Position numbers and translations under genes: made by a program. A stretch of DNA of 56,690 bases from an uncultured virus (IMG/VR IMGVR_UViG_3300022753_001683) (lineage: Duplodnaviria; Heunggongvirae; Uroviricota; Caudoviricetes): IMG/VR virus record IMGVR_UViG_3300022753_001683; one strand, 5' to 3'. This document shows, in pieces, positions 27,066 to 38,261 of this stretch. Every line of letters begins with the position of its first letter. The first letter of the stretch is position 1. A model generated the notes under the pieces. The model searched no databases. It was not told the origin of the DNA and saw only the letters and a list, made by a program, of their open reading frames with translations.

Positions 27066-28112
27066 TTAACCAGAAACCTTGTCACCATCATAAACCTTGG
27101 TATCCAAGGAGTTGTTTACATAAACGCAAATGTCAGGAGTCATAACGACGCCAACGCCAACCTTCTTGTAAACCTGGATTTCACGGCTACGATCCTTGTT
27201 AACATACTCGTCAACAATGGTAGCACCTTCCATAACAACCTTAGCTGGCTTTACAGAACCAGGTAGGATGTAGCAATGGGAAGGATCAATAACCTTCTCG
27301 GTATGAGTAGCATCAGTGAAACCTTGTGGAAGAATAACAACAGGATGATTCTTATAAGAAGCAAAGCGACCATTATTCCAGATAACATCCTTCATGTTGT
27401 CAGACCACATATTAGCATTCTCAGGACGAATGGTGCTAGCAAACTCCTCAGTGCAGTAGATGGTAGGAGTACCATAAGCTGCAGCAATAGAAATAAGACG
27501 ATCGAATGCCTTCTCGTCGAAAGCAGAAGCCTCAACCTTATTCATGGTTGGAAGCTGATTCAAACCAGTCTTAAGAGCCTGACCGATCTCCCAGTAAATA
27601 AGCTCGTCCATGCCGTCCATAACGATCTTGGTAACTTCAGCAAAATCAGCACGACCATCAAGGAACTCCTCAAGACCGATCTGAGCTGCGCCACCAATAG
27701 CGCTGGTCTGCATTTCGATAGCAGTATCCTTACCAAGCTTAAAGACTTCGTAGATACCTGCAAGTCCGACCTTGGTAATAAACTGCTTAGCACGCTGACG
27801 ATCATGGTGACGATGGAAGATAGCCTTATCGCCCTGACCAATGGTCTTGATCTCAGCAAACTGACCATAGTTTTCCATAACCTTCTTAGGAAGTACTTCA
27901 TCCATAGTCTGCTCAATTAGAGCAAAAATCAAATTCTTATTCTCACGATACTGAGCGAAAGTGCCAGCATACTCGTTGAGTTCACGGCGAAGAGTCTCAT
28001 TAAGAGCATCATAAGTCAAATTCTCGCCGTTAAAGCTGTAAGCAACCGGAGCGGAGCGATCAGCTTTAGCAGTAGCCTTCATAAGCTTCAAAAGTTCATT
28101 TCTTTCTAACAT
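27066..28112 (-). CDS. Major capsid protein (348 aa)
   Basis: Size, position after the scaffold and decoration genes, strong codon bias, own terminator, no TAG; SPbeta YonB-like position. Confidence 0.75.
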   Translation of the reverse strand: MLERNELLKLMKATAKADRSAPVAYSFNGENLTYDALNETLRRELNEYAGTFAQYRENKNLIFALIEQTMDEVLPKKVMENYGQFAEIKTIGQGDKAIFHRHHDRQRAKQFITKVGLAGIYEVFKLGKDTAIEMQTSAIGGAAQIGLEEFLDGRADFAEVTKIVMDGMDELIYWEIGQALKTGLNQLPTMNKVEASAFDEKAFDRLISIAAAYGTPTIYCTEEFASTIRPENANMWSDNMKDVIWNNGRFASYKNHPVVILPQGFTDATHTEKVIDPSHCYILPGSVKPAKVVMEGATIVDEYVNKDRSREIQVYKKVGVGVVMTPDICVYVNNSLDTKVYDGDKVSG

Positions 28113-28135
28113 AGCTAGTTTCTCTCCTTTCCGAA

Positions 28136-28840
28136 TTACTGAATACGCATGACCTTAACGGCCTTCTGCATATCGCCTAAATTGTATACCTTAACAACCT
28201 GCCACAACATGCCGGACTCAGCCTCGGTCTTAGCCAAGTAGCCCTTTGCATTAGGAGCAAGAATGTCACCAAGAGCAAGAGTTTCCTCTGCAACACAGTT
28301 AGTAGTAAAGATGTCGCCCTCATGAGTCTTGAATAGACGAGGAGTCATCATACCCTGAACATCAGAAAGTAGCTGAGGCTGATTTAGATTCTCAATCTCA
28401 TAGGACTGACCAATCTTCAAATGCATACGACCAAAGTCATCAGCAGCACCCTCATCAGTATAACCAGCAGCATAAACATCGGTCTCAGCACCGATAGTCT
28501 TCATCTGGTTGTCAACATCGCCCTTAGCGCCAACTGGGCTATAAACATAACCATTGTAGTCACGAGCGATCATAGCGAAGTCCTGGTCGGTCTCCCATGG
28601 AGCATAGACCTTAACTTCATTGAAGATAAGCATCCATTCGCCCTTACCTTCAAAATCAACAGTACCATTTACATAGTTGTACTTAGCAAACTGACCATTC
28701 TCTAGGATCTTGATATCCTTATGAGCAGGCAACTGAGCATAAATTTCACCAGTGCGCTGTGCGGAGAGATGGTTAGGCTCAACCTGACCGAAGCCATAAG
28801 TTACATACTTAGCTTCAGGAGATAATCTTTTAAAAGCCAT
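28136..28840 (-). CDS. Putative capsid decoration/cement protein (234 aa)
   Basis: AAGGAGG RBS, motif GFGQVEPNHLSAQRTGEIYAQLP, sits between scaffold and capsid, high-expression codon style. Confidence 0.55.
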   Translation of the reverse strand: MAFKRLSPEAKYVTYGFGQVEPNHLSAQRTGEIYAQLPAHKDIKILENGQFAKYNYVNGTVDFEGKGEWMLIFNEVKVYAPWETDQDFAMIARDYNGYVYSPVGAKGDVDNQMKTIGAETDVYAAGYTDEGAADDFGRMHLKIGQSYEIENLNQPQLLSDVQGMMTPRLFKTHEGDIFTTNCVAEETLALGDILAPNAKGYLAKTEAESGMLWQVVKVYNLGDMQKAVKVMRIQ

Positions 28841-28866
28841 TTTTTAGCTCCTCCTTTGATATCTAA

Positions 28867-30276
28867 TTACATAGTTTTGGCAGTCTCACGCACGGCCTTA
28901 ATCCAGGCTGGTGCATTGTCATTGCCATCGTCGTTGTCACCAAGGGAATAAACCATTGGATCCTGTTTTTCGGGTTCTTGTTTATCGTTATCAAGGCTGA
29001 AATTAACCTTGTTACGAACACAAATAATAGAAAGCTTGGCTTCAATATCATCCAAGGAATAGTTGTCAATATTAGCAACAACATCAGCCTTGTCAGTTTC
29101 AGTCAACATATAGAAGCCATCAATCATAGCCTGCTTTTCCTTACGATCAGCAGTGGCCTTAAACTCACGAAGTGGAGCGATTTCCTTCTCAAGAGAAGCA
29201 CACTTTACTTCGAGAGCAGCATAATTCTTGGCGAGCTCAACATATTCTGGAATCTCTTCAAGATTATACTTCTTTTCTTTATTGCAAGAGCATTCAGACG
29301 CAGGTTTTCCGCACTTCGGGCACTTCTTGTCATCCTCGTCCTCTTCTTCATCATCGGACTTGGCGAACTTCTTCTTACCCTTCTTCTTCTTGTCCTCGTC
29401 TTCGTCTTCATCCTCCTCAGACTCTTCAGATTCCTTCTTATCCTCTGAATCATCTTCGTCCTTCTTTGGAGGGAATGGAGGCTTTTTCTCTTCTTTCTTT
29501 TCCTCTTCCTCGTCGGGCTTCTTCTTGAACTCAGTCTCTTCGGCTGAATTCTCGATATTCTGCTCCTCCTCAGTCATAGGGGTCTTAATATCCTCATTCA
29601 TTTGAGTTTTTCCTCCTTCTTGTAAAGCTGTTTGTAATTCTTTAATCATGGAGAACAATTGTTCCTTGAACTCTCCATCAATAGAGAACTGCGAAGCGAT
29701 ACCCGCTCCCTCAAAGCAAGGTTCGACGTTCTCTCCAAGAATACACAATTTTTGGATAATTGCTTCATTGATAATGAAAAACTTAGGCATTCCATTATCG
29801 TCTGTTGTCCACTTCCCTTTTGTAAGTTTATTATGAAGTTCCATGGACTGATTATTCCCCTTCTCAATGATACGCTTAGCCTCTGGGTACACATCATCCC
29901 AAATATAACCTTCAGTCATAAGGTACTCATGCTCAACACCATCATCTAAGAATTTCTGGAACCAGACTTTTGCTCCCAAATCAACGAAACCATATGGTCG
30001 AGTGGTATCAATAATATCAAACTTACCATTTGAAACATCAATCATACGATTATGCTCTTCAAAATCACCAGTAGCCTCATTAAAAAAACCAACAATAGGG
30101 CAACCTGGCAATGACTTCGCCATATCAGTGGCAACAGCCTTGGTAATTACACTGTGGTTTCTATTGGGATCTTCTCCCACATAACACACTTTAATCTGAC
30201 ACTTAGAGATTAAAGGGTTAACAGGAGTGAAGTTAAGCAATTCAACAGTAGCTTCAACTGGAACACTAATATGCAT
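28867..30276 (-). CDS. Prohead protease/scaffold protein (469 aa)
   Basis: N-terminal protease-like domain (NRNHSVI..GCPIVG..QSMEL..LCILG..VEPCF), then an E/K/D-rich low-complexity linker with a small CPKC..C.C motif and a coiled-coil scaffold; follows the portal. Confidence 0.7.
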   Translation of the reverse strand: MHISVPVEATVELLNFTPVNPLISKCQIKVCYVGEDPNRNHSVITKAVATDMAKSLPGCPIVGFFNEATGDFEEHNRMIDVSNGKFDIIDTTRPYGFVDLGAKVWFQKFLDDGVEHEYLMTEGYIWDDVYPEAKRIIEKGNNQSMELHNKLTKGKWTTDDNGMPKFFIINEAIIQKLCILGENVEPCFEGAGIASQFSIDGEFKEQLFSMIKELQTALQEGGKTQMNEDIKTPMTEEEQNIENSAEETEFKKKPDEEEEKKEEKKPPFPPKKDEDDSEDKKESEESEEDEDEDEDKKKKGKKKFAKSDDEEEDEDDKKCPKCGKPASECSCNKEKKYNLEEIPEYVELAKNYAALEVKCASLEKEIAPLREFKATADRKEKQAMIDGFYMLTETDKADVVANIDNYSLDDIEAKLSIICVRNKVNFSLDNDKQEPEKQDPMVYSLGDNDDGNDNAPAWIKAVRETAKTM

Positions 30277-30291
30277 TATTTAACTTCCTCC

Positions 30292-31899
30292 TTAATTAGC
30301 AGATTCCTTATTCTAAATAGTTTTTTCAGATTTCTGTCCATCTGGTTTTTCAGGACGACCGCCTTTATTTTCAGAGGAAGAACCTGTCTAAGAACTTTGA
30401 GCTTTCTTCTAAGCCTTCTATCCTAAGATGTCCTCACCATTCATTGTAGAACTCATAATCGGTGGGATCATAATTTCATACAAGTGCAATACTTCATTTT
30501 CAAAGTGTGCAGTAGCAATAATAGCACTTTGAGAATGACCCATCGCAATCTGCGGTAGCATCTTGGAGTAACCAATCTGCACTTGTTCCTTATACATCTT
30601 CGCAAGCTCGATGTAGTTGTAGACTGTCGTCTCCAACATATACACTCTAAAGTTATACTTCTTCTTACCGGGGAACTTGTGACGAACGATCTTGTTTAAC
30701 ATATTACCAAACTGTAGAATCAAATTGCGCATTGAAGCCTCATCATTTAAGATAGACTTTTCAAGAGCAATATTACCATCTGTATTAAACAAGTTCTAAG
30801 AAACACCAAATTGGTTATACAAAGTTCTTTCAACCTTTTCCAAATCATCGGTAGAGGTTGTAGTATTTTTATCCGCCAAGTCCGCAACAGAGGTATCCGC
30901 AAATGTAGTCATAACGTCTACACCAACCGCACGCTTCAACATCTGAACCGCATTGTTGTGAATATCTTTTGCTTCATCAACGTCAAAAATCAAATCACCA
31001 TTCTTATCAAGAGGAAGTTTCTGAATTACAATTTTCAACAATTTCTGCATGGTCTTGCGACGGTCTAAATCCTGCGCTGCATCCAAATCCAAAATCGCGG
31101 GAATCGCATTTGCAAGAATTGGATAGTCACTACCATTCAGATTTAATTTAATCGCACAAGCGGGATCAAGTAAATACCACCCAGCTTGAGAGCCAGATTC
31201 ATCTTTAAGTTTGCCTTTCTTGTATAAAACATAACCTTTGGCAAACTCTTCTGGGAACATCTTTAAAATTCTAAGTCGCTGTTCAATAGTTGGGAACTTA
31301 TCATCAAAGAACTTCATATTGAACTCAACGGCCGGCGAATCGCCAACCATATAACGACTGCGACAATAAGCAACTGGCAATTCCTGCAAGGTCATGCCAT
31401 TAGTGGTATCTACAATATAACCATAGTAGCAACCATTCTTAATAACCTAAAGGGCTACATTGCCGCACATGTATTTAATATTTGAGTTATCTAAATAATT
31501 AAGAACCTTAGAAAACTCACTTAGAATTTTTTCTTCCTTGATAGAATCATCTTCAACATATGGAACAACATACCAGTCATATCTATACAAAAATGCAAAA
31601 TATTTGCATAGACGTTCATAGATACCACTTACCTCATAGAAGTAATTTGATATTTCACGCAAGGTGTTATAATCCTTAGTAGCTAATGCGCGTAAAACCG
31701 CATTCTTGTCACCATATGTACGATTGGTCTTTTTTAAAGCACCCAAATCTAAAATAGCATCATCAAGGGTTTGTAGACCAATACGAATCTTGCTAAAATC
31801 AAGTGGCTCATTATTTTCCGGATCAATATAATCAATATCCCTGCGAGGCGGAGTTAATGCAAAACCTTTAGCACGGATTTCATCCTATCTTCTTCGCAA
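30292..31899 (-). CDS. Portal protein (535 aa), TAG-recoded
   Basis: GGAGGT RBS, TTG at 31899, TAGs at 31885, 31447, 30796, 30418, 30409, 30388 and 30313, TAA at 30292. Joins three track ORFs; C-terminal GGRP motif; lies between terminase and protease. Confidence 0.8.
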
Positions 31900-31912
31900 C
31901 CGTCACACCTCC

Positions 31913-32269
31913 TTAATAGCCAGCCTTTGTCATAATATAATCATAAGTAATAAGATTCTCTTCTGTATACGGAATTTCAACTAATGGGATTTCCTTTAAT
32001 GCACAAAAACGACGTTTCTTGTTATCATTGAACTACTGTTGATAAAAACCTTTTGTTCCACCAAATTTACTTGATGGTTCATAATGTTGTTTACCTTGAT
32101 ATTCAATAAGGAAATCAATATTTCCATCATCGTCAAATACACAAAAGTCAAACCGCAAAGGACGACCATTCGGGCTATTTAAACCCTCAAATGATTGTTC
32201 CATTGTGAACCGCAATCCCGCCTCTTCCAGAATCTCTTGAATCTTGATTTCTCCACGAGACGCTCTCAT
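31913..32269 (-). CDS. PD-(D/E)XK (Vsr/DUF559-like) endonuclease, 118 aa, TAG-recoded
   Basis: S.GE..I...L, LRFDF, LIEYQG.QH; one TAG at 32033, after which the domain continues (FNDNKKRRFC..IPLVEIPY) to TAA. Confidence 0.75.
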
Positions 32270-32281
32270 AATGGACCTCCC

Positions 32282-34024
32282 TTAGTTCATAAACATCATT
32301 TCAGAAATTCTGCCTTTGCGTTTACGCTTTTTACTATCTTCCTCTTGTTTAATATAGTACAAGCCATATTCAAAAGCAGAGAACTTATCTTTCTTAATTG
32401 ACTTATTAGCTTGCTTTAAAATGATGTTAACACCTTCGTTTTCTTCACGAAGATTCATCATCTCTTCCTTCAATATGGAAGTTAGAGTAAACGGTTTAAG
32501 ATATTCCGCCCTCTCTTCAGGTTTCATATCTTGTCCACGCTTAGTTCCCATTAACTTAACTTTTGCCACACGTTCATCAATCAGCATCTTTACTTTACCA
32601 GAAGATAACTGAGTTTGCGCATTCGCGTGAGCTTCAGTGTTAATAGGTGCATTGGCCTTAATAATATACATAGCATCAAACTCACAGGCATCAGTGCGGA
32701 ACTTCTTATAATAATTTTCTTCATCGTTCTCAACACCAAAGTCAGGATAAGTTTCATTAGTATCCGGATCAATTTGAGTTTTTACCATATAGTCAACAAG
32801 ACCAATACCAAGACCATTACCGTCGATAACAATACGACGAGCCTTGTATTTATAGAACAACTTCTTCAATGCAATAGCTTGATCTTCAAAGTGTTCATCA
32901 TGTAAAGTATAAATATTTACCAAAGTCTTTAATGATACACCCGCAGTCTGTGGTGTTACCTTAAATACACAAACTACAGTATCGCAACCTTTACGACCTA
33001 CGTCAACCGCAAGTACATAATACGCAGACTTCATAGATCTACCAGAATACTCGTATTCAGGCTGCTTTAAGATTCTATTACGATCAAATTGCTCAGCACG
33101 GAAGAACGCATCTTCAATAGTGCCAGACCATTTAGATTCATACTCACGGTCAAAAGAGGACTCATTAAATGTACCGTCCAATTTCAAGTCGCGCACAAAG
33201 TTCTTATCAAGTAATTTCATAAGAACAGGAATTCTCCAAGTACCACCCATAATACAAAACTTCTCCGGTTGCGTAATCTGTCCAACAAGCATTTGAATCA
33301 ACTTATCATAAGCGAAAGTATTCTTCCAGCCCGCAGTTGTAACAAAGATCTGACTTTTATTCAGAACCTCTTGATCATCAGAAGTACCATCCGGCAATCT
33401 GCGAGAAACGTTCATAACTGGAATAATAACTTCGTTTAGGATAGTTCCATCTACGCCAACGCACTCCTCAACAAGTCCGCCATGTCGGCGCTTACCTCTT
33501 GATTTTTCGCTAGCACCCAAGTTATCAATATAAGAACCACTTCGGAAAATATATTTACAATAGTCTTTACCTTCTAATGTTTTACCACGGCCCCAGTCAA
33601 TCTCTTTTGCGAAGCCCGGCACAAGAGTACAGATTTCCTGGACTTTTTCTTTCAAAATACCAGAAGCCTGTTCCTTACCACCAGAAGTAACAAATAGTTT
33701 AGATCCCGCATATAGTACTGCACGAGTCATCAAAATCAAAACCGCAAGGAATGATTTTGAATAAGCACGCGGAAAGACCGCATACACGTATTTGTAACGC
33801 ATAGCGGCCCGCAAAAATACTCGTTGATAAAAGAATAAGTTAAGCGTTTCCTTTGGAGGATTTGGCTGCCATTTACCTGCCATGAAGTCAACAAACATGT
33901 CAGGGTATTCGCGCCAATAGGCAATATACTAACGTGCGACCGGAATAACGGCCCGCACACGCTCTTCAGATAAACCAATTTTCTATCGGTCGTTTGAGAG
34001 GTTTAATAAGTCTTGTAAAGCCAT
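32282..34024 (-). CDS. terL: Terminase large subunit (580 aa), TAG-recoded
   Basis: AGGAGG RBS, ATG at 34024, TAGs at codons 14 and 32. Walker A variant PRAYSKS, Walker B GLVEE, coupling motif VTTAG, nuclease motifs VLAVDVG and KKDKFSA. Confidence 0.9.
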
Positions 34025-34025
34025 A

Positions 34026-35198
34026 TTATTCCTCCTTTAACATTTCCATCATCGTTAAGGCATCATCTTCAGCCTCTTGTTCTAAGAATTCATAGTGTTC
34101 GGCAAAGTCATCATCTTTCAATTCATCAAGAGAATCCATATCCATAATTTCATCTTCATCATCAATATCTTCATCTTCTTCGCGTTCGGCTTCGCGCTGC
34201 AATGCCTTAACCGCAGATTCGATAAGATTACCAAGATTCATCTCTTCAGTAACAAGAGTGTTAGTGTAGCCACGCAAGTCCGCAAGAGTTTCATCAACTC
34301 TATCCTTCGGCTTGTCGGTATAGAAACGAGGAATAAATCCCTCTTCTTTTTCACATAATAAAACCAGTTCAGAAATTGAGTTAACAAACTCGCCAGCCTC
34401 AGCCTTATTCTGAACCGCAGTAAATTTAGCGGATTTCATCAAAGCGTCATAAACCTTAGACATCTTTTGGAAACCTTCGATGTCGCCCAAGTCAATCAGT
34501 TGATGAGCCTTGATTGAAGTTTTACAAATAAGCTTTAAATAGTCTTCATGAGATGGAGTCTGAATATCGAACGATTGCATCATCTCTTGATAATACTTCT
34601 CTAACTGAACCCATTCATACGGTTTGTAGGTCTTGCCCCACTTAATCGCCAAGTAAGTTTTATCTTCTTCAGTTAGATCATCTTCGAATCCCACTGGCTC
34701 AAAGGCATCAATCGGAGCAGGCTCCTCTCGTGTTGCTTCTAGTTCAGCGGGTCTTTCAGGTGTCCTGTTTGCGGCGAGAGCTTCCTCAATCTCTTCTCCA
34801 GTATAGCCTTGTCGAGCCATAACGTCTCGCTTCCGCGCATCCATTTCAGCCTTAATCTTTTCAGTATCTTCCCATGAATAATTTTTGTATTGATTCAATT
34901 TCATTTTGGAAAGGTAACGACCCAAGATGGTCATACCAGTAACCTTGGTGCGGTCCTTGCCATAACGTTCAAGTAGAGTATTCCATTCCTCTTCAATATA
35001 AGGAACATTGATCTCTTCCAAAATCCATAAATAAGTTTTCGGATTCCAATTGTCTACATGTCGAGTGATGCATTTCTTACATTCAGGTAATTTACCATCG
35101 TCGGGGTATCTATCCAACCGATTAGATGTGTAAAATTGATCAGTATCCATCGTTCGACCGCAGACCTTACAATAATAAGTTTTATTTAAGTCTGCCAT
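34026..35198 (-). CDS. Zn-finger protein upstream of terL, possible terminase small subunit (390 aa)
   Basis: CKVC...CKKC at the N-terminus, acidic tail, abuts terL, no TAG. Confidence 0.5.
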   Translation of the reverse strand: MADLNKTYYCKVCGRTMDTDQFYTSNRLDRYPDDGKLPECKKCITRHVDNWNPKTYLWILEEINVPYIEEEWNTLLERYGKDRTKVTGMTILGRYLSKMKLNQYKNYSWEDTEKIKAEMDARKRDVMARQGYTGEEIEEALAANRTPERPAELEATREEPAPIDAFEPVGFEDDLTEEDKTYLAIKWGKTYKPYEWVQLEKYYQEMMQSFDIQTPSHEDYLKLICKTSIKAHQLIDLGDIEGFQKMSKVYDALMKSAKFTAVQNKAEAGEFVNSISELVLLCEKEEGFIPRFYTDKPKDRVDETLADLRGYTNTLVTEEMNLGNLIESAVKALQREAEREEDEDIDDEDEIMDMDSLDELKDDDFAEHYEFLEQEAEDDALTMMEMLKEE

Positions 35199-35203
35199 TC
35201 ACA

Positions 35204-36265
35204 TTACTCCTTTGCCTTCTTGTTCTTGGCATTCCGGCAACACTTACACAAAGAATACCATCCATCTCTTGAACCTTTGTTTATGGAAAAAAATCTTGAA
35301 TGGGCTAACTTAATTTGCCCACACCTAGTACATTTCTTCCACTTCCCATATTCTTTTTCAGTATAATACCAGGTCAGCCATTCATCTGTATAATAAGAGG
35401 CAATGAGCTTTGGAATTTTATTACGCCATAACGAAGAAATATATTCGAGCGAATGAGTGAAGCCGAATTCCTTTTCAATCATTTCCTTGATATCAACATT
35501 AGATTGCCCGTCAATTTTATATTCTACAATACGACGGTATAAAGGATAGCCGGCAAGTGAATTATCTACTAATCTATCAAAGTCTTCCATCATATACCAG
35601 GTATCACCCTCGAACCTGCCATAGCATCCTTCTTTTAGTTTAGAATAATTGCATAAAATAGTGCTAATAACAACGGGATTGATAAAGGACACACCTTCAT
35701 ACTGGATTTCTCCATTTTCATCTACCCATTCATCCCATGGGAGTTTAATATAGTGTCCGATATTTCTTGTAATATTTCGCGCAACAATTGGTTGGCGGTA
35801 GGCGTTTTTAATAAGATATTGATCCTTCCGCAATTCGATAATAGTTGATTTGATAATATAGGCTGCTCGCCCAGTCGCAGTTTTAGACAGCTTTTCCCAA
35901 TATGCTATGCTGTCGCGCAACTGACGTAATGGCTCAATTTCTTCTAAATCTTTTTTCGTAATTGTTACTTTCGGCTAAAATATTACATTCTTATCGTTCG
36001 TTACTAAATTATATATACCATCTTCGCCATTCTCCAACTGGCCAACAAGACCCTCGAAAGATGTTTCTCGTTTATTGACAGTCGCCATACGGTTGTCGGT
36101 GAGAATCTTTCGCTCCTTCTTCTCTTGTTTCTCCATACAAAGAACCAAATAATCAGCAAGGATTTCCAGATATTGCTCGCTTGGGTCGGGAGTCTCTGTT
36201 AAAATCTATTTCACCAATTCATTTCGCTCTTGAGGAGATTCAATCGTATAATCTAGCTTGATTAT
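35204..36265 (-). CDS. Putative transcription regulator (sigma region-4-like HTH plus C-terminal Zn finger), ~353 aa, TAG-recoded, probable ATA start
   Basis: The frame of track ORF 35204-35920 extends to an AGGAGG RBS at ~36275-36280 through two TAGs. No ATG near the RBS; ATA at 36265 is at normal spacing. HTH-like GQSNVDIKEMIEKEFGFTHSLEYISSLW and CTRC...CKCC. Confidence 0.6.
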
Positions 36266-36291
36266 AATAATCAACCTCCTTCTATGCCTCT

Positions 36292-36367
36292 ATTATACCA
36301 CAAAAATTTTCATGAGTCAAGTAAAAAAGATCGCCCATTTGAAAATTTAAAAAAAATTTGATATAAT
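36292..36367. promoter_or_regulatory. Divergent sigma70/sigmaA promoter pair
   Basis: Minus: TTGACT(36320-36315)-17-TATAAT(36297-36292). Plus: TTGAAA(36339)-17-TATAAT(36362). Confidence 0.7.
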
Positions 36368-36398
36368 GTATATAGAAATGATAAAGGAGATGACTTCA

Positions 36399-36731
36399 AT
36401 GGTACAGAAGATCATTAGTCTGATTTTAATTGTGGCAATTGCGGTCGGTCTATTGTTTGTTGCAATTGGAGCAACCAAAGGCACAAGTTATTACATCGTG
36501 GATAAGGGGTACGCATTGAGCTATATCGATGAATATGCATTTGTACACGATGATGTATTCTGGTTTGTGTTGGGTGACCAGAGTGGCAAGATGGAGAGCA
36601 TTACTGTATTTGTGAGTCCAAATTCTTGGTACCGCTATTCTGTAGGTGAGCGATACGGCGGACCAATTGAGAATTTTATTACTTATGAAGGTGATGACAG
36701 CATTGCTCGTCACTTGGATGGGGTACACTGA
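36399..36731 (+). CDS. Membrane-anchored hypothetical protein (110 aa)
   Basis: AAGGAG RBS and an N-terminal hydrophobic helix. Confidence 0.65.
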   Translation: MVQKIISLILIVAIAVGLLFVAIGATKGTSYYIVDKGYALSYIDEYAFVHDDVFWFVLGDQSGKMESITVFVSPNSWYRYSVGERYGGPIENFITYEGDDSIARHLDGVH

Positions 36732-37129
36732 TGTTCATCCTTAACTCCGTCGGTAGCACGATTCTGCGCGCAGAAGAAAAATTTATGCGAGAGGTTGCAC
36801 CGACGATGGGACTAGAAAATCCCTTTAAGCGTAAACATAAAGTACTAGCGAGTATGTTTAAAGAGGTAAATACTGGCCAGTACAAAAGAGTCCCAGATGA
36901 AAAATTAGATTGGAGCGACTATCCTACAGAAGAAGAGTGCGCGCATTGGGAAAGAGAAAAAAACCACTATGTGGCGAAGCAAGTATTGCTTCGCCATGGA
37001 TGGGTGGAACTACAGAAATTTGCGGAAAGCCGACATGTGGAAGAAGTGTTGAAAAGTTTACTGCCCTGTGAAGCAGAGAGTGGTCAATGTCACATGGATT
37101 GTTATATGAGAGGAGAATGTCATCTATAA
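36731..37129 (+). CDS. Hypothetical protein (132 aa)
   Basis: Overlaps both neighbours (TGATG and TAATG); Cys-rich C-terminus. Confidence 0.6.
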   Translation: MFILNSVGSTILRAEEKFMREVAPTMGLENPFKRKHKVLASMFKEVNTGQYKRVPDEKLDWSDYPTEEECAHWEREKNHYVAKQVLLRHGWVELQKFAESRHVEEVLKSLLPCEAESGQCHMDCYMRGECHL

Positions 37130-37905
37130 TGAAATGGCAAGAAATGATTGGTCAAACTTTTAAGACATTAACTGTTATTCGGCGTCCTTCTAAAGAAGAG
37201 ACACCTTGGAAGAGTCATTCGACACCACTGCTATGTAAATGCAATCAATGCGGCAAGGAAGCTATTTTGCGGAAAGAAGATGTTGAAAAGGGTTGTGTTG
37301 ATTGCAGAATCGCCGCAGGAGAAATTTCAGGTGGTAGAGGTCATCAAGCCTTAAAAATGGGAGATAGGTTTGGTAAATTAACAGTGATTGAATATGATTT
37401 ACCTTATAAAACCGCGGGTGGAAGATATACTTCTTATGTTAAATGTCAATGTGATTGCGGCAATGTGGTTTCAGTGCGAAAAGACCATTTAACTGGATAT
37501 AAGCGCGGTAGCGATAGAGATGGATATAAATATACTGTATCGTGTGGCTGTTCTCAAGTATCTGCTGGTGAACTATACGTGCGGACAATGCTGCAAGATC
37601 TTGATGTAATATTTGAAGAGCAATATTCCATTGAAGAGCTGTCTACAGGTTTAAAGTTTGATTTTGCGGTTTTTGATTCAAATAGACAGTTATCTTATTT
37701 AATTGAATATGATGGAGAGCAGCATTTTAAGGCTGTTGAAGCATGGGGCGGAGAAGAAAAATTACAAATTCAAAAAGAGCGGGATGAGCGCAAGAACGTA
37801 TACTGTAAAGAGCAAGGGATCCCTTTAATTAGAATTCCCTATACCGTTAAACTTTCCAATCTCACTTTTGATGATATATCTCCGTCTTCCAGATTTCAAA
37901 TTTGA
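37129..37905 (+). CDS. Free-standing homing-endonuclease-like protein: Cys-rich DNA-binding repeats plus PD-(D/E)XK domain (258 aa)
   Basis: GAGGAG RBS; two G..F..LTVI...C.C.CG repeats, SCGC, S.GE, LKFDF, LIEYDGEQH, IPLIRIPY. Confidence 0.75.
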   Translation: MKWQEMIGQTFKTLTVIRRPSKEETPWKSHSTPLLCKCNQCGKEAILRKEDVEKGCVDCRIAAGEISGGRGHQALKMGDRFGKLTVIEYDLPYKTAGGRYTSYVKCQCDCGNVVSVRKDHLTGYKRGSDRDGYKYTVSCGCSQVSAGELYVRTMLQDLDVIFEEQYSIEELSTGLKFDFAVFDSNRQLSYLIEYDGEQHFKAVEAWGGEEKLQIQKERDERKNVYCKEQGIPLIRIPYTVKLSNLTFDDISPSSRFQI

Positions 37906-38261
37906 TTTAGTGGGAATTGTGACCAGGTATAACCCCTTTTCTCTTTCAAAATAATTTTTTTCCCGAAAGGGTGCCCGGAGGGTGAATGTTGAATGGATTT
38001 ACATACCAGAAAAAAATACAAGAGTACTGCCAGCATCTGGAACGCTCGTCGGGGCGTGCATGGTCGGCACGCCCCGAGTTTGCGCAATAAACCTGTCATG
38101 CAACAAAAGCGTCGCGAATGCATTGAATGCATCATGTTAAGTGTTATCCTAAAACTTAATAAAAAAAATTGTAAAAACCTATTGACAAACGCGGTCAGTT
38201 GTAGTATACTATAATCACAGCAAGGGACAAGAGCCCAGCTGAAAGAAAGGAAGTAACTACA

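Noticed and set aside
29228..29605. Plus-strand Ser/Phe-rich ORFs over the scaffold gene
   Set aside because: Antisense reflection of the E/K/D-rich linker; no RBS.
1..36265. Pseudogenes or a decayed prophage suggested by the many broken ORFs
   Set aside because: All breaks are TAG, with no frameshifts or internal TAA/TGA over >30 kb; random decay would not give this pattern.
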